From Acidobacteriota bacterium (lineage in GTDB: Bacteria; Acidobacteriota; Thermoanaerobaculia; Multivoradales; UBA5704): a stretch of DNA of 64,000 nt. A program made the translations under genes and the position numbers. The notes beneath the pieces are model-generated. The model worked only from the letters and a program-made list of their open reading frames with translations, was not told where the DNA came from and did not search any database. Below, piece after piece: positions 8,196 through 15,250 of this stretch (position 1 is the first letter of the stretch; each line of letters begins with the position of its first letter). The stretch lies in contig JBEQUE010000005.1 of assembly GCA_040349255.1 (NCBI GenBank), forward strand, positions 2,746 through 66,745. The letters are read 5' to 3'.

Positions 8196-9855
8196 CTCGG
8201 CCCTGCGCGCGGCCCGCCGGGCGCCGCCGGACCCGGAAGCGGCGCTCGATGGTGATCCAGTCGTAGCCGCCGCGCGTCGCGCTGAAGCTCGCCCGGGCCT
8301 CGCGGGTGTCGCCGCGCACGGCCTGGAACAGCGAGGACAGGTCGGTCTCCCGGGTGGTGGCGAAGAGCTTCAGGAACTCCTCGCTTCCATCCGCGGCTCC
8401 ATCCGGCACGAAGAGGTCCAGGCGGTTTTCCGAGAATGTGCCGATCTCGATCGTGCGGCCCGGGGCCAGGGGGTCGCTCACCCCCGGCGCCGGATAGATC
8501 TGGTCGACCTTGCCGGAGAGGCCGAAGTCCAGGACATAGATGTAGAGCGGCTCGGCGTGGCGGTTGACCACGCCGAAGGAGATCCGGTCCCCCTCCTCCA
8601 CTTCGGCGCCGTCGTCGAGACGCTCCCAGCGGCCCTTCTTCAGGATGCCCAGGTTGAAGTCGACCTTGCCGCGCAGCGAGCTGTGCTCGTTGCGGATGGC
8701 CAGGGCGTCCCGGTAGCGCCGCCGGCGACTGTCCAGGCCCGAGTCGCCGCCGGCGCTCTCCTCCACCGCCCGGCACCAGCGGCCGATCGCGCCCGGCTCC
8801 GCCTCGTCCAGGATGCGGGCGGTGGCCGTCATGCCCAGCACCGAGATCACCTCGACGCGGCCGAGGGTCTCGGCAGCACTCTTCACCTGCGGCGGATGGA
8901 CGGTCCAGACCGACCCCTCGGACACGCCGCAGGCGGCGCCTCCGCCCAGGACGACGCGGTCGGCCTCGCGCCGGTGGATCGGGAGGAAACGCATCGGCAC
9001 CAGCTCGTCGAGGCCGAACAGCTCGCGATCGCGCGCGCCCTCGAGCTGGGGCTGCTGCTGGGCGAAGTCCTCGTTCACCCGGGAGGAGACCGGTTCGAAA
9101 ACGTCGCGATAGGTCGGGCAGGCGCCGTCGGGGAGGCTTTCGAGCTCCTGGAGCAGATTCCAGGTCAGGGCTCCGTGGCTCCGGTCGCCGAGGACGAGCT
9201 CGTTCGCGCACTCCGTGTCTCGGCAGGCGGCGATCGCGACATGGCGGATGAACGAGGCCGGGCCGTCCTTGACGTCGCGCATCCTGCGCTGCGCGGGATC
9301 GGGCCGGCGCGTGTCGGCCTTCACCTGGCGGATCCGGGATGGCCGGGGTTTGTCGTCCCTCTTGGTCCGCGCGGTGCTGATCGTGCCCGAGTGGCAGCAG
9401 TCGAGGATCAGCGTGACGTTCGGGGTCTTCCGGGTGAGCGCCGCGACCCGCTCCTGGAGCTCGGCGCCGGAGACGTCCCGGTTCGGGTGGGGGTCCTCGT
9501 GGCCGCTGTCATGGGCGACGAACGTCTCCTCCATGGCGCTGGCCCGACTGATGCTCTCCTCCAGGGCTGTCCGCTGGGACCCGTGGCCGCTGTAGTGGAC
9601 GACCACGGCGTCGTTCTCCCGCACCTGTCCGACCAGGGCGTCCAGGGCGTCCAGGATGCCCTGGCGCGTGGCCTGCTCGTCGAGGAGCAGCTCGATCTGG
9701 CCGGCCGGGAAGCCGAAGCGCGTCTCCAGCAGGGCGGCGACCTCGCGGGCGTCGCGCACGCAGCCTTCGAGCTGCGACTCCGGGCGGAGGTTCGGATACT
9801 TGTCGATGCCGATGATCAGGGCCCTGCGGTTCTGTTTCGGCTGGTCGTGGGTCAT
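8164..9855 (-). CDS. Caspase-family (peptidase C14) protein with DUF4384-like C-terminal domain
   Basis: RALIIGIDKYPN, the catalytic His in VVVHYSGHGSQ and Cys in LILDCCHSG. The C-terminal YIYVLDFGLSGKVDQIYPAPG is DUF4384-like. Start taken at MTHDQPKQ (9855). The track's 9921 start would overlap the divergent gene. Confidence 0.85.
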   Translation of the reverse strand: MTHDQPKQNRRALIIGIDKYPNLRPESQLEGCVRDAREVAALLETRFGFPAGQIELLLDEQATRQGILDALDALVGQVRENDAVVVHYSGHGSQRTALEESISRASAMEETFVAHDSGHEDPHPNRDVSGAELQERVAALTRKTPNVTLILDCCHSGTISTARTKRDDKPRPSRIRQVKADTRRPDPAQRRMRDVKDGPASFIRHVAIAACRDTECANELVLGDRSHGALTWNLLQELESLPDGACPTYRDVFEPVSSRVNEDFAQQQPQLEGARDRELFGLDELVPMRFLPIHRREADRVVLGGGAACGVSEGSVWTVHPPQVKSAAETLGRVEVISVLGMTATARILDEAEPGAIGRWCRAVEESAGGDSGLDSRRRRYRDALAIRNEHSSLRGKVDFNLGILKKGRWERLDDGAEVEEGDRISFGVVNRHAEPLYIYVLDFGLSGKVDQIYPAPGVSDPLAPGRTIEIGTFSENRLDLFVPDGAADGSEEFLKLFATTRETDLSSLFQAVRGDTREARASFSATRGGYDWITIERRFRVRRRPAGRAQGRVTRSGARSMS

Positions 9856-9908
9856 GTCGGGTGAGACCCGGTTCAACAAGGGTTGTGTAGGAGATAGACT
9901 ATGAGTCC

Positions 9909-10406
9909 ATGAACAACTCAACTCCCTCTATCGTAGGCACGTGGGCCCTGGTCGAAGCCTGGGACATCGGCGACGACCCGAACGACCCGACCAAGAAGAC
10001 CTATCCCTGGGGCGATCCGCCGGCAGGCTACTGGGTCTTCGACTCGAGCAGCCATTTCAGCCTGATGATTTCCCAGAACCCGCCGCTGGCCATCCCGGCC
10101 GACCCGTTCTCGGGAAGCCCTCAGCCCAGTTGGCTGACCCCCACGGCACCGTGGACCGTGCCGTACGCTCTGCTGATCGCCACGTTCGCCACCGCCAACC
10201 CCTATGCCTACTTCGGGACCTACACCGTCGAGCTCGACAACCCGAATCCCAACCAGAGCGGCACGCTCCTCCTCACGGTCTTCTCCGACGTGATGCGCGC
10301 CTACACCGGCACCGTGCAGAGCCGGCCCTTCCAGTTCGACGGGCCCGACTTCCTGAATGTGGGTGTTTCAGGCCAGTATCTAAGGCGTTTGCAACGTTTG
10401 ACCTGA
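9909..10406 (+). CDS. Lipocalin-like domain protein (hypothetical)
   Basis: The N-terminal IVGTWALVEAWD ... PAGYWVFDSSSHFSLMISQ pattern is typical of bacterial lipocalin-like domain proteins. Divergent from the caspase gene with ~53 bp between the starts. Confidence 0.6.
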   Translation: MNNSTPSIVGTWALVEAWDIGDDPNDPTKKTYPWGDPPAGYWVFDSSSHFSLMISQNPPLAIPADPFSGSPQPSWLTPTAPWTVPYALLIATFATANPYAYFGTYTVELDNPNPNQSGTLLLTVFSDVMRAYTGTVQSRPFQFDGPDFLNVGVSGQYLRRLQRLT

Positions 10407-10659
10407 TTGACGCGATTCAAGAGGCGCCATAAAGTAGCCAGGTCGATCAAGCTTAAGTACTTCGCCTGCTCATCGGGTCGCGCCTTCGGGCGCCGAGGAC
10501 TCCAGGAAGAGGTACGGACGACTCACGAATGAACAACGGGGCCGGCTGAGCCTGCCACTGCGGAGAGACGCGCTTCGCTATCCAGCGGGCCCGGCTGGAA
10601 AGGCCGGCGCTTCCTCGCCGCGGCTCTCCGGCCAGATCAATGTGGAGGCCGACTGATCC

Positions 10660-12417
10660 ATGAGCGCCAACTCCGGCAATCTTCTCTTCAATACGGTCAG
10701 CTACAACGTCGGTTCACTGCTCGACCAGATCGATCTGGGCAGTGTCGGCCTGCCGGATATCCAGCGGCCGTTTGTCTGGAAGAATGCGAAAATCCGCGAT
10801 CTCCTGGACTCGATGTACCGCGGCTTCCCCGTAGGTTATCTCCTGTTCTGGCAGAACGACCATGCCGAAGGATCGAGGGGCATCGGCGTCGACGGCAAAC
10901 AGAGGCACTCAAGCCTCCTCATCGTCGACGGGCAGCAGCGGTTGACGTCGCTCTACGCAGTCATCAGGGGAAAGAAGGTCCTCCGTGAGGACTACAGCGA
11001 AGAACACATCGAGATCGCGTTCCACCCTCTGGACGAGAAGTTCGAGGTGGCCGACGCCGCGATCCGCAAGGACAAGCACTGGCTGCCGAACATCTCGCGG
11101 CTCTGGTCGTCCGACACCGACCTGTTCGAGCTCGTGGACGAGTATCTCGAAGGACTGCGGCACACGCGGGAGCTCAGCACCGACGAAACCAGAAGATGCC
11201 GACAGAACATCAAGAGGCTCCAGGGTCTCGTAAACTACCCTTTCCAAGCTCTGGAGCTTCTGGCAACAGCCAGCGAGGAACAGGTCAGCCATGTGTTCGT
11301 CCGTATCAACAGCAAGGGGCAGCGGCTGAACGAGGCGGACTTCATCCTCACGCTGATGTCGGTTTACTGGGATGAAGGACGGCACGACCTCGAGCGGTTC
11401 TCGCGCGCAGCCAAGAAGTCCGACAAGAAACCTGGGCCCTACAACCACTTCCTCCAGCCCGCGCCGGACCAGTTGCTGCGGGCAGCGATCGGCTACGGCT
11501 TCAAGAGGGGACGGCTGCAATACGTCTATTCCCTCCTGCGCGGCAAGGATCTGGAAACAGGCAAGTTCAGCGAGGAGCACCGGGAAGCGCAGTTTGCCCG
11601 CCTGAAGGAGGCGCAGGCGGGCGCACTCAACCTCCAGCACTGGAAGGATTTCCTCAAGTGCCTGATGCATGCCGGCTTCCGCAGCGGCAAGGTCATCACC
11701 TCCGAGACCACCGTGCTCTACAGCTACGTGTTCTACCTGCTCGGCCGGGCCGAATACAAGATTTCGGAGAGCGCGTTGCGGCGGACCATCGCGCGCTGGT
11801 TCTTCTTCGCGAGCCTCACCGGCCGCTACACGAATTCGCCCGAATCGGCCCTGGAGAGCGACCTCATCCAGCTCCGGGAGGTGAGCGACGCTGCCGGGTT
11901 CAAGGCGCGCCTCGACCGCAACATCGAGGCGCAGCTCACGGACGACTTCTGGCGCGTGACCCTGCCGAGCGACCTTGACTCGGCCGCGGCGCGCAGCCCT
12001 TCCCTGATGGCCTACATCGCGGCGCTGTGCCTGCTGGATGCGAAAGTCCTGTTTTCCAGGCTGAGCGTGAGCTCCCTGCTCGACCCGACCACGGACGCGT
12101 ACAGGAACTCGCTCGAAAGGCATCACCTCTTCCCCAAGGACTGGCTGAAGAAACATGGCTTTCCGGACGTCCAGAAAACCAACCAGATCGCCAACTACGC
12201 CCTGCTCGAATGGCCGGACAACTCCGACATCTCCGCGCACTCTCCCGCGGAGTACTGGCCGCAGTTCAAGAACCGCTACTCTGCCGCGGAGTGGCGCACG
12301 ATCCGCTACTGGCACGCGCTGCCCGAGCAGTGGGAGACGATGAAGTACGAGGAGTTCCTGAAGAAGCGCCGGGGCCTCATCGCCAAGGTCGTCCGCGACG
12401 GATTCGAAAGGATCTGA
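10660..12417 (+). CDS. DUF262/DUF1524 protein, GmrSD-like (Type IV restriction family)
   Basis: N-terminal ParB-like DUF262 motifs (LPDIQRPFVW, LLIVDGQQRLTSL). C-terminal His-Me/HNH-like DUF1524 region (LERHHLFPKDWL ... NQIANYALLEWPDNSDIS). The upstream intergenic DNA is visibly lower in GC. Confidence 0.8.
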   Translation: MSANSGNLLFNTVSYNVGSLLDQIDLGSVGLPDIQRPFVWKNAKIRDLLDSMYRGFPVGYLLFWQNDHAEGSRGIGVDGKQRHSSLLIVDGQQRLTSLYAVIRGKKVLREDYSEEHIEIAFHPLDEKFEVADAAIRKDKHWLPNISRLWSSDTDLFELVDEYLEGLRHTRELSTDETRRCRQNIKRLQGLVNYPFQALELLATASEEQVSHVFVRINSKGQRLNEADFILTLMSVYWDEGRHDLERFSRAAKKSDKKPGPYNHFLQPAPDQLLRAAIGYGFKRGRLQYVYSLLRGKDLETGKFSEEHREAQFARLKEAQAGALNLQHWKDFLKCLMHAGFRSGKVITSETTVLYSYVFYLLGRAEYKISESALRRTIARWFFFASLTGRYTNSPESALESDLIQLREVSDAAGFKARLDRNIEAQLTDDFWRVTLPSDLDSAAARSPSLMAYIAALCLLDAKVLFSRLSVSSLLDPTTDAYRNSLERHHLFPKDWLKKHGFPDVQKTNQIANYALLEWPDNSDISAHSPAEYWPQFKNRYSAAEWRTIRYWHALPEQWETMKYEEFLKKRRGLIAKVVRDGFERI

Positions 12418-12511
12418 GGCCGACGCCTGAGGCTGGCGGCAATGGGCACAACCCGGCCCCGAGGTGTGCGGAGCACCCCTGGTGCCCCGCACACCTCCGG
12501 CAGCCCACCTC

Positions 12512-12598
12512 TCCCTACAGGCAGGCTCCGGGGCGGGACGGCGGCAGCCTTGGACACGGTGGCCGCCGTCCCTCTCAATTGTCAAGGAACCATGGTTC
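12512..12598. repeat. Inverted-repeat element, left copy (contains an 11-bp GC hairpin and a GAAC-CATG-GTTC palindrome)
   Basis: Region 12535-12596 matches the reverse complement of 13303-13363 at roughly 85 percent identity by hand alignment, with weaker similarity and an indel further out. The hairpin is GGGACGGCGGC (12535-12545) paired to GCCGCCGTCCC (12562-12572) with a 16-nt loop. It is followed by AGGAACCATGGTTCTT. Confidence 0.6.
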
Positions 12599-12900
12599 TT
12601 CCCGAGTGGCCAGGAAGAAGAGCCCGCTGAAGCAGTTCTTTTACGAGCCACCCGGGCAACACGTTCATGATACGCGGGCCGGCTCTGTTTTGAGCCTACC
12701 CTTTCAAAAAGGCACAAAAGTGCCCAAAACGACCCTCCAGAAAACAGAGCGAGCTCCAATCAAACGGGCACGAAATTGGTCTGGCCCGGTTTGTCACAAA
12801 ACAGGGGCCTCCGGCAACTATATATAGAGGACACCGGAATGCCGGGTCCGAAGGACTCCGAGGCGGCCAGATGTGCCGATCTGGCATGAGACAACACCTG

Positions 12901-13221
12901 GGAACCTTCTACGAGACGACGGAACGTTCTACGAGCCAAGGGAACGTTCTATATCAGAATGCAAGGTTCTATGAGCCGACGCAACGTTCTATGACGAAAT
13001 GGAAGGTTCTACGAGCCCCTGGAAGGTTCTACGGCGAAATGGAAGGTTCTACGAGCTGGCGGAACGTTCTACGGAGGAAATGGAAGGTTTTATGAGCCGA
13101 TGGAACGTTCTACACCGAAATGGAAGGTTCCAGGAGCCGATAGAACGTTCTATGCCGGAACGCAAGGTTCTACGGGCCGATGGAACGTTCTACGCCGAAA
13201 TACAACCTTCCGCTGCGATAA
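12901..13221. repeat. Phased tandem array 1: 16 units of 20 bp (one of 21), core GGAA[C/G]GTTCTAYG
   Basis: Units start at 12901, 12921, 12941, 12961, 12981, 13001, 13021, 13041, 13061, 13082, 13102, 13122, 13142, 13162, 13182 and 13202 (the last is degenerate). The right half shows a 40-bp A/B super-repeat (GGAAGGTTCTAYGAGCCGAT + GGAACGTTCTAYGCCGAAAT). The core GAACGTTC is palindromic. Confidence 0.9.
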
Positions 13222-13302
13222 ATCGGCCTCCCCGGCCGCAGGCAAGGTAACGGATCGGCAGGCTGGCTCGTAGAAGGACTCTGTAGGGATAGTCGTAAGG
13301 TT

Positions 13303-13393
13303 TCATGGTTCCTTGACAATCGAGAGGAATGGCGGCTGCCGGGTCCAAGGCCGCCGCCGTTCCGAACTGTTTCACCGGCCGGCGGGCATGTAG
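13303..13393. repeat. Inverted-repeat element, right copy
   Basis: Reverse-complement match to 12512-12598. The hairpin is GGAATGGCGGC (13326-13336) paired to GCCGCCGTTCC (13353-13363), with a 16-nt loop sharing GTCCAAGGC with the left copy. One stem position shows a compensatory change relative to the left copy (G-C to A-T). Confidence 0.6.
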
Positions 13394-13606
13394 CTGACGC
13401 CGAGCGGTCCGCTGATCTTCCAGGCGGCGGGCGCGGCGCCAAGGCGACACTCGCTCGCCGAATGCGACAGGATTTCCCTGGGAGACCTCGTCATCCAGGT
13501 GGCCAATCCCAGGATGTTGTACCGTATGAAGAAGGACACGGTCCGGTTGCAGGATCGCGCCGACGCGGCCCGGATTCGTGAGGCGTTCAATCTGGAAGAC
13601 GACTGA
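13394..13606 (+). pseudogene. Possible 3' remnant of a nucleotidyltransferase-like gene
   Basis: The open frame after stop 13391 reads ...ECDRISLGDLVIQVANPRMLYRMKKDTVRLQDRADAARIREAFNLEDD*. This resembles only the C-terminal tail of small NTase-fold proteins (vaSlEDLI.MK..tgR.kD..D). There is no N-terminal domain, and the frame abuts the right inverted repeat. Its stop overlaps the next ATG (TGATG). Confidence 0.35.
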
Positions 13607-13827
13607 TGTCTGTCCGCAAATACCGATCCGTGAACGACATGCCGGGGGCCCGTCCCCTGCCGCCGCTCGATCCGGAGAACCTGCGCATCGCGTGCGAGCT
13701 GACCGAGCTCGCCTACGCCCTCCACCCCTGGAAGCTCGAGCCCGGGGTCCGCAAGTTCCGCTCCGCCGAGGAAGCTCAACAGCACAGGCAGGAATGGGAG
13801 AAGCGCCAGGTCCGCGCCAAACGTTGA
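13606..13827 (+). CDS. Hypothetical small protein (73 aa)
   Basis: ORF MSVRKYRSVNDMPGARPLPPLDPENLRIACELTELAYALHPWKLEPGVRKFRSAEEAQQHRQEWEKRQVRAKR. Codon usage looks genuine and it is coupled to the upstream remnant. No domain recognised. Confidence 0.45.
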   Translation: MSVRKYRSVNDMPGARPLPPLDPENLRIACELTELAYALHPWKLEPGVRKFRSAEEAQQHRQEWEKRQVRAKR

Positions 13828-13871
13828 ATCGATGGAGGCAGCCTCGGGCCGGGCCGCTCTTCGGATATGCA

Positions 13872-14612
13872 TCATGGATGCAGAACGCGAACGGTCACCT
13901 CCTCGGCCGGCTCGGAGGAGGCCCGGCCGGCCAGGCGAAGCCGGATCTCTCCCGCCGGGAGCAGGCTCCGGGGCAGGAGGACGCGGACGGTGCCGGAGTC
14001 GGAGAGCAGACCGTCCAGGACACCGGTCGGGCGGCCGGACGCGTCGAGGATCTCCAGCCGCAGGCCGGTCTCCGTCTGGAGCCGGGCGGAGTTGAGGATC
14101 AGGGCTATGCCGACCGCCGGTACGCGGATCTCCCGGGGAGGCTCGGGCCCGCGGTGGACGCCCGGCATGTCGACGACCTCCAGGGGCAGGTTGGGGATGG
14201 CCCGCGGCGAGAGGCTCCAGAAGGACAGGGCCACGGCCGCCAGCAGGGACGCGGCGGCGAACGCGTAGGCCGTACGGAGCGAGGCGAGGACCGGCGGCAG
14301 CCGCCAGCCCGCAGGCTGCGGAGGCCGCGTCTGAGGCTCGGCGAAGATCTGTCTTCGCAGCTCCTGCCAGGAGACGGCCACGTCGATGCCGGTCTCACCC
14401 TGGACGGGCTCCAGGAACTGCTCCAGATCGAGGAGCAGGTCCGGGCAGTCGAAGCAGACGCCGAGATGCCGGCAGACACGGGCGGCGCGACGGGCGGAGA
14501 GCCGGCCGTCGCGCCAGGCGGTGAGCTCCTCGGGAGACGGGTGCCAGCCGGCCTCGGGACCGAGGCGCTCCTCGCGGCCGAGGAGGCGGAAGGCGAGGGC
14601 GAGGTCCGTCAT
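13872..14612 (-). CDS. Anti-sigma factor (zinc-finger-like N-terminus, one TM helix)
   Basis: CRHLGVCFDCPDLLLDLEQF motif and the TM segment AYAFAAASLLAAVALSFWSL. Lies directly downstream of an ECF sigma gene. Confidence 0.7.
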   Translation of the reverse strand: MTDLALAFRLLGREERLGPEAGWHPSPEELTAWRDGRLSARRAARVCRHLGVCFDCPDLLLDLEQFLEPVQGETGIDVAVSWQELRRQIFAEPQTRPPQPAGWRLPPVLASLRTAYAFAAASLLAAVALSFWSLSPRAIPNLPLEVVDMPGVHRGPEPPREIRVPAVGIALILNSARLQTETGLRLEILDASGRPTGVLDGLLSDSGTVRVLLPRSLLPAGEIRLRLAGRASSEPAEEVTVRVLHP

Positions 14613-14640
14613 GAGCCCTCCTCCCCATCCCCTTTCCGGC

Positions 14641-15246
14641 TCAGTCCTCCGGATCCGTCAGCTCGAGCTTCAGCCGCTTCCGGGCCTGGAAGAGATGGGC
14701 TTTGACGGTGTCGATCGAAATCCCCATGATGGTTGCGATCTCCTTGTACTTGTAGCCCTTGTCGTAGCGCAGGAGGAAGCAGGTGCGCATCTGGTCGGGC
14801 AATCCCTGGATCGCCTGGCTGAGAGTCGATGCGCGCTCCCGTTCCAACACGTCCTCCAGGGCCCTGGCCTCGGACGGCGGCGGCTCGATGGCCGCCGGCT
14901 TGCCATCCTCGTCCCGCCCGCCGGTCTCGATGGAGGTCTCCCATCCTTTGCGCTTGCCGGTTCCCCTGCGTCTCAGCTCGTTTTGATACACGTGGTCCGC
15001 GATCTCGAACAGCCAGGTCTTGAACCCGGATGCGCGGCGGAATGATGCGATACCTCTGAAGACCCTCAAAAAGACGTCCTGGGTGAGATCGTCGGCTTCA
15101 TCTTTCGAGAAGCCGCGCTGCCGGAAGAAGTTCTGGACACGCTTGGCGTGCAGCTTGAACAGCCGCTCGAAGTTGGCCTCGGCGTCGATCCCGGCCTGGA
15201 TCAGCTCGACAAGGCGCAGGCTGGGGTCGTCGTCGACGGGAGACAT
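14641..15246 (-). CDS. ECF-family RNA polymerase sigma-70 factor
   Basis: DDLTQDVFLRVFRGIASFRRASGFKTWLFEIADHVYQNELRRR (region 2) and YKYKEIATIMGISIDTVKAHLFQARKRLK (region 4). Confidence 0.9.
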   Translation of the reverse strand: MSPVDDDPSLRLVELIQAGIDAEANFERLFKLHAKRVQNFFRQRGFSKDEADDLTQDVFLRVFRGIASFRRASGFKTWLFEIADHVYQNELRRRGTGKRKGWETSIETGGRDEDGKPAAIEPPPSEARALEDVLERERASTLSQAIQGLPDQMRTCFLLRYDKGYKYKEIATIMGISIDTVKAHLFQARKRLKLELTDPED

Positions 15247-15250
15247 CCCC

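Noticed and set aside
12587-12598. GAAC-CATG-GTTC read as a LexA (Cheo-box type GAAC-N4-GTTC) SOS operator
   Set aside because: It is a single occurrence not placed upstream of any SOS-type gene. The recN upstream region (23357-23437) contains no GAAC/GTTC motif. It is better explained as part of the inverted-repeat element and related to the array core.
12901-13221. Interpretation of the two 20-bp arrays as CRISPR arrays
   Set aside because: The units are only 20 bp in total, with a 9-13-nt conserved core and 7-9 variable bases. That is far below CRISPR repeat (23-50 nt) and spacer (about 26-72 nt) sizes. No cas genes or leader-like organisation occur in the window.
12901-13221. Array-1 core read as ECF-type promoter elements (GGAAC ... 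CGTT), given the adjacent ECF sigma/anti-sigma operon
   Set aside because: The distance from one GGAAC to the next unit's CGTT is about 19 nt, longer than the 16-17-nt spacers typical of ECF promoters. The neighbouring ECF operon is transcribed from the far side (upstream of 15246), so the array is not in its promoter region.
12871-13250. ORFs 12871..13095 and 12999..13250 encoding repetitive peptides (…GRFYE…ERSTS…WKVL…) across array 1
   Set aside because: The DNA period is 20 bp, which is not a multiple of 3, so the same core is read in all three frames in turn. There is no SD, and the repetitiveness is a by-product of the DNA repeat. The same applies to 45009..45401, 45106..45399, 45127..46581 (N-terminal part) and 45228..45485 across array 2.
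12512-13393. The repeat-bracketed segment as an insertion sequence
   Set aside because: There is no transposase or other ORF with coding character between the inverted repeats. I could find no target-site duplication flanking 12512 and 13393. A non-autonomous element remains possible and is discussed under findings.
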